Assembly (NCBI RefSeq): GCF_001194135.2
Contig: NC_069002.1
Span: forward strand, 293,586 to 357,585
DNA from: Octopus bimaculoides
Taxonomy: Eukaryota
Length of the DNA stretch: 64,000 bases
Reading direction: 5' to 3'
The position numbers and the translations under genes were made by a program. Positions within the stretch are counted from its first letter, which is position 1. Every line of letters begins with the position of its first letter. This document shows, piece by piece, positions 14,643 to 24,940 of the stretch. Below the pieces are notes generated by a model, which had not been told where the DNA came from, did no database searches, and worked only from the letters and a program-made list of their open reading frames with translations.

Positions 14643-17600
14643 GGTGGTGAGCTGGCAGAATCATTAGCTCAGTGGAGTTGATGTAATGACTTATTCTCTA
14701 CAACCCCCACCCCTGCACACCAAACTTCCTGGCCTTGTGCCAAAATGTGAAACCATTGTTGTTGCCACATCTAATGCTTTATTTATACTTTTTCCCTTTC
14801 AGTTTCTCGGTCAGCATCTGCCAATTCTTTACCTAAATTACCAACATCCCAGTCTTATTCTCATTCCTTACCTGGTTCCGTTATGCAAATGCCCCCTGCT
14901 TCTCTGCAGTCCCCTACAAATCAGCCGCCAGCCTGTAATGGTGGAGGTGCAGCAGGAGGAGGAGGAGTGGCCATAACTGGAGGAGCTGGAAATACATCTT
15001 CCTCTGCTGGCAGTACACCCCAGGCAGAGCCCAAAACTGGCTTCTTTTCTCGGATATTTGGAAACAAGTTGCAGTTATCCACCCCAGATGTGAACAGTCA
15101 AACAGGTAAGAAGTGAAGAATGTTACACTTTGCAATTTCCTTTCTGCTTCATTAGCATTGTTGTTTTAACATCCATGGAGTTTATTGAGCCAGAGATTTT
15201 ATGCCTTTCCTGTTGCTAACTTCAACCTGTTTCCGAGCAAGGTAATAGTTTTTTTGCTGAATATTGTATGACTGTAACCATCATTTACAGTTGTCATGCA
15301 ATGTTGAGACCAAGTGACACAAACACACACACATGCACAATGGGTTTCTTTCTGTTTCCATCTCCCAAATCCACTCACCCACGATACTACACAAAGGGAA
15401 TGAACCTGAAACTATGTGGTTGGGAAGCTAACTGCTTCACCACACAGCCACACCTAAATCATTTAAAATTGAAATTTTCTAGCTGGTGTATAAGATGATA
15501 TCCTCATCTTATCTTGGAAATGGGTACAAGATTAACAGACCCCCTTAAACACCATCGTATACAATAACCTGTTGCCTGTCTTAACTATCAGGCACTTGTT
15601 TTGTTGGCTGTTTTCCACCTCCCACAAAGAAATGTAGCCCTTTATCCATTATGTGTCCTTATGACTCTCTGAGTGGTTGGCGTTAGGAAGGGCATCCAGC
15701 TGTAGAAACTCTGCCAAATCAGACTGGAGCCTGGTGTTGCCATCCGGTTTCACCAGTCCTCAGTCAAATCGTCCAACCCATGCTAGCATGGAAAGCGGAC
15801 GTTAAACGATGATGATGATGATGATGATGATACAATTAGAATTTAGCATTTAGTTAAATCCCTTAACATTCTCAAGTGAAGGGAGGTAACTAGGTCAGCT
15901 TAACCTTCCATCCTTCCTGTGGCCAATCCTCACCTGTTTTGAAGCAACACAATATTCCCCAATGACCAAACGTATTTTCACAGAAGATTGAAAATAAAGA
16001 GCACAGCTTGTTTGATGGTGACACGATTATCACATGATGCCAAAACATGGAAACAAGCACACACGCACACACACACGCACGCCCTATATGATAGACTTCT
16101 TTCAGTTTCTGTCAAGCAAATCCACTAAGGCTATAAGTCAGCCTGGACTATAGTGGAAGACATTTGTCCAAGTCGTCATGCAGTGAGACTGAACCTGAGA
16201 ACATGTGGTTGTGAAGCAAAAATGTTAGCCACACCCGGCTCTGCCTGTGCCTCCTCCTCTAAGTCAAATAAACAATAAAAAAATATTCTTTGCTTTCTTA
16301 AAATTCCATATTGTGATTATTTTCAAGAATGATTTAAATACATGTGACTTTTTTTTTTGTCAACAAGCTGTGGAAGTTAATGTTGAAAAGGCTGTGAAAA
16401 GTGTTGAGGAATTTATTCCAGATGGTGAAGAACTGGACAGTAGCTTTCTGGATGATACGAAGGATCATCGAATGACTGCTTCATGTAATCCAGCTAATAA
16501 TAAAGACAAAGAAAGTGACAGGTAAACACGGTTTGCCAATTCGGTTTTCTTTCTCAACCATCCATACATTTCCTTCTGGTAAATGATGATGATGATGATG
16601 ATTCAATGTACAAGTAGTTCTGTTGATTGAACACTTTAAGTTGTTGTTGTTGAAAATGCCCTGGGCTGTCCCTTGACTTTCACTACAATGTCTGCCTCTC
16701 TGTTTCAGTGATGAAGACTACAGCGGCAATCCTATGGTAGCGGGTTTCCAAGATGACCTTGACTCTGAGGATGAAGTAACTCTGAAGAACGCTGGCGATA
16801 GTAACAACAGCAAGCTCCATATCACGCCAAACCTTGATATCTCCAGTGATGAAGACATTCTCATTGTTCCAGTTGCGTCCAAGAAGCTCTCTCTTTCTGC
16901 CAGTAAGGACAACTCCAACGATAGTAAGAAGTCAACCAATTCCTCCTCTTCCAACTCTTCTACAACTTTCTCACAGAAGGCCAACCGGAAACTCTCTTCA
17001 GAATCAGAGCCTGACATCTCTGACAAAGTCCAAATTGCAGGTAAAACAATCAAAGAGCCGAGAAACGATGAGGAGCAACATTCAGAAGATAACGAAGATG
17101 CATCACAACCTCATGTGGCCCAGGATATTGAAGATATCAGTGAAGATGAGAACTCAAATGATATGCCCAACAGTCTAACACAGAGTTCAGCAGAGGTATT
17201 TATGATTTTTTTTTTGTGTCTTTTTTTATTTTTATTTTGTATATTTGGTTTGCTTTATTTTTATTATAATTTCTATTCACTGATTTATCGATGCCTATGT
17301 CATGTCTCAGTTCCATCCCATAGCTTAGACACACAACACTTTCCTCAATACATGAGCTTTTCCAAGTATTGCTGCCATCTGAATGCCTTCTAAGAAGTTT
17401 GGTATTTGTAGCTCTTGATGGCATTTTTTTTGTGTCTTTATGAGTGACAGATTTTGCTTTTCCAATCTCAAAACAACTCCAGCGTCACAGGGAATGGGAT
17501 TTTTATGATACTCCTATCGAATGTGACCAAATGCAGTTTATTCTGCAGCATAATCTTTTTTTATGGTCCACACACTTCTTCTGTCGGTGTCACAGTGCTT

Positions 17601-19280
17601 GGATCCCGTTGGTGGAGAAGCTTTCATTCTGTCTGTCAAAAAAGCCATCAACAGCAGACATGATGACATCATCAGACATGTCATTAGAAAAACACAAATT
17701 TCACATCTTGCAAAGTAAACACAGCAATGTCACTCAGCACACTGCCGCCTCATGAAGGTCACTGTGCATGCAACCATGTGCTGCCATCTGTTGGTGTGCT
17801 ACAGAACTAGTTTGAGAATATTTTAATACCACCTCGTACACACACACACACACACCGTATTGTAATTCCTTTTCTTATCACTTTCCATATTTATTTTCTA
17901 TTCCCATCTTCAGATCCAAGGTAGTCACTCGATCCCATCAATAGATTTAACATACGAAGATCTTAGCATTTTGGAGAAAGGATTTAATTCTTCAGCAAGT
18001 AAGTAATTAAAAAGATTTTACACTTCTTGAAAGTTTGTAACCTCATTAATTTGTGTCGATTAATAATTGCTGATGTTTCAAATATGATGCTGTTAATGGA
18101 GAGAAAATGAGAAAATTATAGGCTTGGATGAACTCTAACGATTCTTTACAATTGAACAATGTTATTACATACAAGCAATTATAATATCCAGTCGTATAAT
18201 TATATAATAGCTAGTAGTTATTGCTAACACTAGAATTTCTTCTTATTATTATTATTAAGCAGCCCTATGTCTTCCTTCTTGTAGTAGTCATCGGGTTGCC
18301 TCCCCTTATTCCAATTAATTAGGTTTAATAAAATAATTTTCTGAAATAGTTGCTTCCTTATCTCTCTCTCTCTCTCTCTCTCTCTTTCTATGTTCTGCTG
18401 ACCAAGAATCCGATGACATTTTCATCCCTCCCTTTCTCTTTCTCTCATGTTTTTCTTTTTTCCTAAACCGCATCTTCTTCCTCCATCCTGTGCCACTTCA
18501 GATGCTGATTCTTCCATTTGGACCCCTGGAGATACAGACCATGACTCTGTAACAAGTGAGAAGAAAAAAAAGAAGAAGAAAAAAGATAAAGACAAAGTAT
18601 GTATCCTTTGTTTATATAATTTTTTCTTTGATTTTTATTTTATTTTAAACAAAATTCTGGCTTTTGTTTTGTCAACCAGCATTCTTCTAAATTTTCATTA
18701 AGATCTGCATTTTGAGAACTGCTTTTCCTTCTTTTCTTTGTGTGTGTGTGTGTGTGTGTGTGTGTTGCTTTGTCTTGATGTCAGGTGATGGTTGTAAAGG
18801 AGCATCACCGTCATACAAGCAGTGTCCTTTGTTTCCAGTCTTCCATAGGAAAGCATGGTTGACGATGAGGAAATATGACCTTGCTTGGAAACAGGTGAGG
18901 GTTGGTGATAGGAAGGGCATCCAGCCATAGAAAACCTGATGAAGCAAGTTTTGTCCAACCCATGTAAGCATGGAAAAGTGTATATTTAGGGATGAGGATT
19001 AATGTTTTTTTCTTCTTTTGTTTTTGGTAAAATTTTATAGGATGAAGAAAAGTCAAGTAAAAAATCCAAAAAGAAGAAAGAAAAAGGTCGAGAGTTGAGT
19101 GGAAGCAAGGAAAGTAGCAGCAGCAGCAGCAGTGGAAAAGTAAAGAAGAAAAGCAAAAAATCCAAAGAAAACCAGAAAGAACTTGGACAACTGGAAGCTT
19201 TTCTTGTAGAAGATAATGTCAGTGAAGAGTTGACGCCAAGACCAACAACAGCCACTGGTGAAGATTACGAGTCTCTTTGA
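8532..19280 (+). CDS. RABL6: Rab-like protein 6 (RBEL1/PARF), spliced, 5'-incomplete
   Basis: Coding exons: 8532-8638, 10335-10460, 10907-10998, 11939-12079, 12331-12436, 13269-13372, 13880-14016, 14803-15105, 16368-16521, 16709-17195, 17914-17998, 18502-18596, 19041-19280 (TGA). All are GT-AG with consistent phases. The protein shows KIVIRGDRNVGKT (P-loop), VEVWDVVDKG, LDAEFVDVYK, LGNHRDMG, GLKYLHKFFNLPFLQLQ, GNPMVAGFQDD, a Lys-rich tail and terminal LEAFL...GEDYESL, all typical of RABL6. The exon with the start codon (about 40 aa) was not found. Confidence 0.95.
8885..9323 (-). mobile_element. Near full-length SINE family 1 copy in the RABL6 intron after exon 8532-8638
   Basis: Runs from the 3' end (TTTGACTGCGGCCATGCTGGGGCAGCACTGCC on +) through a CA microsatellite to the tRNA-like head (AACCATGTGGTTGAGAAGC...CACAGCCAC). 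Confidence 0.85.
10623..10832. mobile_element. piggyBac-like MITE with TTAA target-site duplication
   Basis: TTAA|CCCTTTAG... ...AAAAGGG|TTAA. The same family occurs at 24744-24940 (inverted) and ~60838-61040. Confidence 0.7.
14036..14310 (+). mobile_element. Mariner relic, left end plus start of transposase
   Basis: TA|CAAGGTGCATTCCAGAAGTT terminal-repeat-like end, then a degenerate VKLGKNATETY (Mos1-like N-terminal helix-turn-helix). Confidence 0.6.
15664..15831 (+). mobile_element. Young RTE-type LINE/SINE 3' tail ending in (GAT)n
   Basis: ACTCTCTGAGTGGTTGGCGTTAGGAAGGGCATCCAGCTGTAGAAACTCTGCC...GGACGTTAAAC(GAT)n. Near-identical copy at 36857-37012; older copies at ~11120-11310, 18860-18980, 43255-43465, 6450-6640(-) and 63655-63845(-). 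Confidence 0.8.
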
Positions 19281-19635
19281 ATATGGGCAGCTGAGAAGAT
19301 GGATACTTTTTAGGAAGATTTTGATAATCCGTATCTTATCTCCCCTCCCACCACTCTCATATCAGCTGATAACAAGATACATGTCTGGACAAATATATAC
19401 ATATATGATGCAAATTTTATAAATGATAGTTTATATATGTAATATATAATGTGTATATAAAAAGAAACAGTATATAACGTAATTAGATATGTATTTATGA
19501 TGTATATATATCATAAATACATATGTTTATATATGCATATATATATATATGTAAATACCCATATCTATACGTTTGTGTATGTGTATACACTAATATTGAC
19601 TTATATACATATATGTATACTTATATGGATGTGTG

Positions 19636-19686
<51 letters not shown>

Positions 19687-19979
19687 GCATATATGTATAT
19701 GCAATTTTCTATTAAATGCATGTAAACTCAAATGACTATTCAGAACCGAAATGGGAAGTGCTGAGTCTCTGGTCTTCATGAATTTCCTCAGTTTTCTGGC
19801 TAAACAACTCTTCTGAGCTTACATTCATCTGACTTAAAATTTTCAATACATGGTATATACTTCTGTATGTGTACAAACATATATATATACACACACACAC
19901 AGATACTCATATGCATATAGACATTATATGAATCATACGAGAGAGAAGAATTATTTCACCTTGACTGCCATGATTTACA

Positions 19980-20247
19980 AATAAAACTTCAAAAATAATT
20001 CAGACATGCTGACATCATTTATAATGTGGAGGTTGATGGGAGAGAAGAGAAAAAAACTTACAAGTTAACAAAAGAAAAGAAGATAAAAAACAAAAAAATG
20101 ATTCAAAAGTTAAACTACCCTTTTTTTCTTTTTGAATATTTTTAAATTTTAATTTTTTATGTTTTTTTTTGTTTTTTTTTTCCCCCAAGTGTGGTATGTG
20201 AAGAAAGCCTGTCTGTATCAATGTGTTTCTATTGCAGCATGAATAAA
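19980..20247 (+). terminator. Candidate RABL6 polyadenylation signals (AATAAA at 19980-19985 and 20242-20247)
   Basis: Canonical hexamers downstream of the stop codon; the second is followed by GT/T-rich sequence. Confidence 0.45.
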
Positions 20248-20507
20248 TGTGTCAGTATGTATGTGTACATGTCCATGTATAAAAGGATTAATTAAAGCTA
20301 GAATGAGCTTTTATTATCAATAACAAGTTTGTTGTTTTATATTTTTTGTTTCTACTTGTTGAGTGAACAAAGTCCCCTTTGCATTTTCTACTGGTCAAGG
20401 TTGGACACCACAAGGGTGATGGTGAGTGTAGAGATTTGTTGGAGATGAATACCTGGGTGAAGGTGACGTCAGCTCAACCAGATGCAAGGAGCAAAGGCCA
20501 TTTTAGC

Positions 20508-20542
<35 letters not shown>

Positions 20543-20559
20543 AAAAACACAAAATAAGG

Positions 20560-22125
20560 GCCAGAGGCTGGAGTGTGTCACATTATGCCAATCCATCGAA
20601 ACTCAATTCACCAATTAAAAATGACCTTAAAAAGTGAAGAGGTGTTGTTACTGCTGACGTACTTGGGCAAGTGAACCGCTAAAATTAAAGTGGAAGAAAT
20701 TCGGGCAGGTCTCAACATTATATGGATAGTGGTGGCCTCTACTTATGACCTGGAAGAGAAAATGAGCATTTTGCAAATGCAAAAAAAAGGAAGCAGAGAA
20801 TTGGAAAGGTCAGTCTTTGATAGAGTATTTATAGGCGAGGGGCTAAGCGTAAGGGTCGGTGTAGAAGGACGTAGGCTGCGTTGCTTTAAATGTGGCGAGA
20901 AGGGTCACGTTCACTCAGACTGTAAAGCAAAGAAGAACGAAGCCCCTTCACAACAAGAACCACAAAACGCAGAGGAGAAAAAAGGACAACCAGCAAAACA
21001 AACAAATGTTACACAAGAACCCAAGGAAATAAGACCAGAAAAAAACCATAGAGGCAACGATACAAACCACAGAAGAAGGTGACGAAATGGTGTTTACCAC
21101 AGTTAAATCCCAAAAACGAAAAAAAGGCCCCAGTCCCGGACTTCCCACCCCGTACAGACCACCCCTTTGTTAAAACCCATTTCCCATTCCCACCCCGAAG
21201 ACGCAGAGCAAAATTTTTTTCTTTTAATAACATTTATAAGATGCTTGCCACAGTCATCCGAGCTGAAGTGTGTAAAGCTAGAAAAGACATGCCACCTCAC
21301 ATTAGAATTGCCAGAACGGAGGTGGACTTATTCACGGAATTAAAAAGCAGGTACCCAGACGACATTGGTGATGTTTGCAAAGAAATGGGTGGCCAAAGTT
21401 TTATGGTTAGTCCAGCGGCTACACCACAGAAGGAAAAGGATGGGGAGAAAGCTCAATTCGTGCAGCCCCTCCCCAAACTAAAAATGTAAGTATTATTTTA
21501 TTATGGAAATTCAGTTAGGGGGTATAAATTCACGTGGCCTAGAATTGAACTGGAAACAAACTTGTCTCCTTGACGACCTTAGATCACTCGATATAGATGT
21601 ATGTATTGTAACTGAGTCTAAGCTGAGTGGGCCACAAGTGTTCTCGCCCCTTCGAAATGGCTACGAGAAATTTATTTCTCCTAGCCGGCAGGGGGAACGG
21701 GAGTGTGGTGGTCTTATTCAGGAAAAACTTGGATGTGCAGGTAAGTGTAGTCTTTCTGAACTCAGAAAGTAGGCTGGTCGTTTTGGATTTAACATAGGTA
21801 AGTAAACAATCCTTCAGGTTGGTAGCTGTCTATGCACCGAAACAAAGTAGAGAGGCTGGCTTTTCCCGGGACCTGGAGAACTTCTTAGTAACGTTAAAAT
21901 CTCTAGGTGTACTAGGAGACTTTAACACTATTCTCTACGCACAGGTGGTTAGTGTTGACTCAGCCAATAATAGAAGGGGAAGCCTGGCCTCAAAAAGGCT
22001 ACTAGAAAGCTATAATCTAGTTGACCATTATAGACTGGATGAACCGCTGGTTCCACAGTTGACGTGGACTAATAACGACCGTTCACTCCGATCTTATATA
22101 GGACAGGATATTCGTTAGGAATACG
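20560..22125 (+). mobile_element. Tx1/L1-type LINE relic: ORF1 with CCHC knuckle plus ORF2 endonuclease, truncated at the 3' side
   Basis: CFKCGEKGHVHSDC at 20882-20923. ORF1 stops at 21489 and ORF2 starts at 21503: INSRGL, VTESKL, VAVYAP, LGDFN, LVDHYR, TWTN, and SY-I-DR after removing one inserted G at 22101. No SDH motif or RT domain follows. Internal stops and frameshifts are present. Confidence 0.85.
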
Positions 22126-22263
22126 CGTTCGTCCCTTAAGCACTTAGGAAAATAAAGTAATAGTCAAACTACTGAGGTTCATTTAATTTTCTATACTTCC
22201 TCCCAAAATGCGCAGCCAGTTAGAAATTCATCTTTTAATAAAGTAGAACAATTTTTTTAAGGA

Positions 22264-22298
22264 ACGAAAATAATTTTCGTAAAATGATGACGTCATCA
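22264..22298. promoter_or_regulatory. Two adjacent perfect palindromes, including a full CRE (TGACGTCA), just upstream of UFSP2
   Basis: ACGAAAAT-A-ATTTTCGT at 22264-22280 and TGATGACGTCATCA at 22285-22298. Confidence 0.6.
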
Positions 22299-22334
22299 GT
22301 CAGGGGAGAGCACTCCGTATTGACATTGATAAAA

Positions 22335-24227
22335 ATGGCGGCCGTGAAAGATATTTTCGTCTCTAGAAACGTTTTGGAGACAATCCGACGTCTGGACGAA
22401 GAAAACGGTCTGGGATTGCTGATTGGAGAAGACAGTATAGACTTTATAAAGGTTTGGAAATGTACCAGATTGAGCGAAAGGGTTCAAGAAGATGCCATGA
22501 AGACGTGTCAACTTCTGCCAGGTGGCTTAACCGTACTCGGTTTGTACAGTGTTTCCGCTGTTCCCACCGCTTCATCGGCGACTGGAAACGATTACGATGA
22601 CAGCAACGACCCTGTCTCGTCTGTTATAAGTGTTTTGATGAATTTTTTGAAAGTTAAGTATTTTTTACTGTTAAATTATGACGATACTAACCCGCACAGT
22701 TCTCCGATGTTTTTGTATACGTGTCTGGCCGGCGGCGATGTGAAGCGAACGAAGAGCGAGTGGACAGCTGTTGCCGAAGAAGGCAACCTCAAAGACGAAC
22801 ACGTTCGGTTTAGACTCAAAACCCAGTTGCCTTTGAGTTTTAAATACGATCCCAAGTCGGATAAATTAATTAAAATCATCCGAACCGAAGTGGAACACTT
22901 GTGTCAAGTGGTCGGTTCACCTTTGACTGTATTTCATATTAACGACAGTAAATTGCTTCTGTCACCAGATTCGATGACCAACAACGAAGTCGAAGATGAG
23001 GAAAATGCTGAACAGCAATACTGGAAAAGTTATGAAACAAACGAAATGTGCAGAGATATCGTTAAATACATCGAAACAGATGAAGAAAATTTTATTTCCA
23101 TGCCCAAATCGAAAAAGAAAAATGCAGGCAGTTTAAATCGTTCGATTTCTGTTAGTATGTACACATCGACATTTTGTAATACGGATCCTAAACGGACACC
23201 GTCTTGTGCTCCTCTCATCCATCAAGAAATGGAAGAATTTCTTCAAGTTTCTGTACCTTTGAAGATCGATGCTATAGCTTATGTTTCTCTGAATTGTCCC
23301 ATAAGCAAAGTGGCTACGATTCTCGCCACTACCGTGTGTCGGCAGATTCTTGCTGCTGAACTTTGCATTACCGAAAACAGACAAGGTTCGACTTTTTCTA
23401 TACCTCAAACATATCACATCCAACTACCTCAGTCGACGTTTATTGTTTCTGTCACATATCCAGAAGATGTCGAGGAAAATACACTGGAATATCAAAGGAA
23501 GTGTCTTCATCAACTTTTTTGTCTCCCTCTTACTAAGCCATGTTTCCGAAAGACTAACGCCTATATTTTTCCTGAAGATGTTGCACCAAGAAACAGTTAC
23601 TTAATTAACCCCCATGTTAGCTTGCTATCAGCAGCCAAAAGTGCAACCCAGCACGTTGTACAAGGTCGCTACAGCTATCACCATTATATGCAAGATAACT
23701 GTGATGACAACAAATGGGGTTGTGCATATAGATCTCTACAAACTCTGATATCTTGGTTTCGACTTCAAGGCTATACTTCTGTTCCAGTCCCGACTCATCG
23801 CCAAATTCAGCAAGCTCTTGTAGACATAGGTGATAAACAGCCACCGTTTGTTGGTAGCCGTCAGTGGATAGGTTCTCTGGAGGTGAGTTTCTGTTTAGAA
23901 CATCTGATTGGAGTCCAAAGTCGAATCATGAACGTCTCTTCAGGCGCTGAAATGTCAAATTATGGCAGAGAACTTTCTATGCATTTTGATTCTGTGGGAA
24001 CTCCAATTATGATAGGTGGGGGTGTCCTTGCCCACACAATCATTGGAGTGGATTACAATGAAGTGACTGGAAATATGAAATTTCTTATTCTTGATCCCCA
24101 CTATACAGGGGAAGAAGACCTTCAGTACATTCTAAACAAGGGCTGGTGTGGTTGGAAAGGACCAAACTTTTGGGATAAGAATGCTCATTATAATCTTTGT
24201 ATGCCTCAAAGACCAAAAGTTATCTAA
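22335..24227 (+). CDS. UFSP2: UFM1-specific cysteine protease 2 (peptidase C78), single coding exon, 630 aa from the preferred ATG
   Basis: Uninterrupted ORF (track ORF 22284-24227; AAAATGGCG at 22335 has the better context). YSYHHYMQD, WGCAYRSLQT (catalytic Cys 23721-23723), FVGSRQWIGS, PIMIGGGVLAHTIIG, LILDPHYTG (Asp/His 24093-24101) and NLCMPQRP match UFSP2. Confidence 0.95.
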   Translation: MAAVKDIFVSRNVLETIRRLDEENGLGLLIGEDSIDFIKVWKCTRLSERVQEDAMKTCQLLPGGLTVLGLYSVSAVPTASSATGNDYDDSNDPVSSVISVLMNFLKVKYFLLLNYDDTNPHSSPMFLYTCLAGGDVKRTKSEWTAVAEEGNLKDEHVRFRLKTQLPLSFKYDPKSDKLIKIIRTEVEHLCQVVGSPLTVFHINDSKLLLSPDSMTNNEVEDEENAEQQYWKSYETNEMCRDIVKYIETDEENFISMPKSKKKNAGSLNRSISVSMYTSTFCNTDPKRTPSCAPLIHQEMEEFLQVSVPLKIDAIAYVSLNCPISKVATILATTVCRQILAAELCITENRQGSTFSIPQTYHIQLPQSTFIVSVTYPEDVEENTLEYQRKCLHQLFCLPLTKPCFRKTNAYIFPEDVAPRNSYLINPHVSLLSAAKSATQHVVQGRYSYHHYMQDNCDDNKWGCAYRSLQTLISWFRLQGYTSVPVPTHRQIQQALVDIGDKQPPFVGSRQWIGSLEVSFCLEHLIGVQSRIMNVSSGAEMSNYGRELSMHFDSVGTPIMIGGGVLAHTIIGVDYNEVTGNMKFLILDPHYTGEEDLQYILNKGWCGWKGPNFWDKNAHYNLCMPQRPKVI

Positions 24228-24315
24228 TGAACTTTAGTTTTGCCTTTTTTTTTATTGGAAGCGACAAAACGACAAAATCATTTTATTGGATTTTACTAAA
24301 ATGTTTATTGGACAA

Positions 24316-24326
24316 AATAAAATAAA
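24316..24326 (+). terminator. Overlapping AATAAA polyadenylation signals of UFSP2
   Basis: AATAAAATAAA about 90 nt after the stop codon. Confidence 0.6.
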
Positions 24327-24743
24327 ATTCTCTATATTTTTTAGTTCTCAAATATCATTTATAAAAAAAAATTCACCAGTGTAAGAAATAATATTTTATT
24401 GTTATTTGTTTTTATTATTTAATCCTAGGTCTACCCTGATCCAGCAGGCCTATGATAAAAGTGACTCCAGACTTGACCACCCTGTCTTTTTATATCTCTA
24501 ATACCGCATTATCCAATGCCTTCTTCCATTTTTTTAAGATGCTTGGGTACCTTCTGAGGAAGAATTGTTTGCTATCTTTAACAAGTTAAACAACCGTGTA
24601 GGCTAGTGATTCTTAATGTGGGTGACATTGCCCCGTTAAGGGCATTGTGAGCTCACAAAGGAGCAGTAAATGTCAAGGTAACACTATAGGTGGAATTGTG
24701 TATTTAGAGGGGTTATCATTTTCTTAGATTTATTATATTTTAT

Positions 24744-24940
24744 CCCTTTAGCAAGCCAAATATCCTACCTGTTTTAGGTTCAGATCCAGCCTGTCACACC
24801 TACCCTACAATATCATTCTAAATATACACAACCCATTTACATCATCAAAATCTCAATGCTGCAAGATAATGCATGATTAATTCAAAACAATGTGAATAAA
24901 TAAGCATCACATGTGACAGAATAAGCTGAATGCTAAAGGG
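24744..24940. mobile_element. piggyBac-like MITE (second copy, inverted), nested in a degenerate hAT-like element (~24604-25290)
   Basis: Perfect 10-bp terminal inverted repeat CCCTTTAGCA/TGCTAAAGGG flanked by TTAT and TTAA; the interior aligns with 10623-10832. Confidence 0.7.

Noticed and set aside
16718-17178. Extra ORFs overlapping RABL6 exon 16709-17195
   Set aside because: Shadow frames of a low-complexity acidic exon.
22284-22334. Longer UFSP2 start at ATG 22284
   Set aside because: These ATGs sit inside the CRE palindrome; AAAATGGCG at 22335 has the better context. Not formally excluded.
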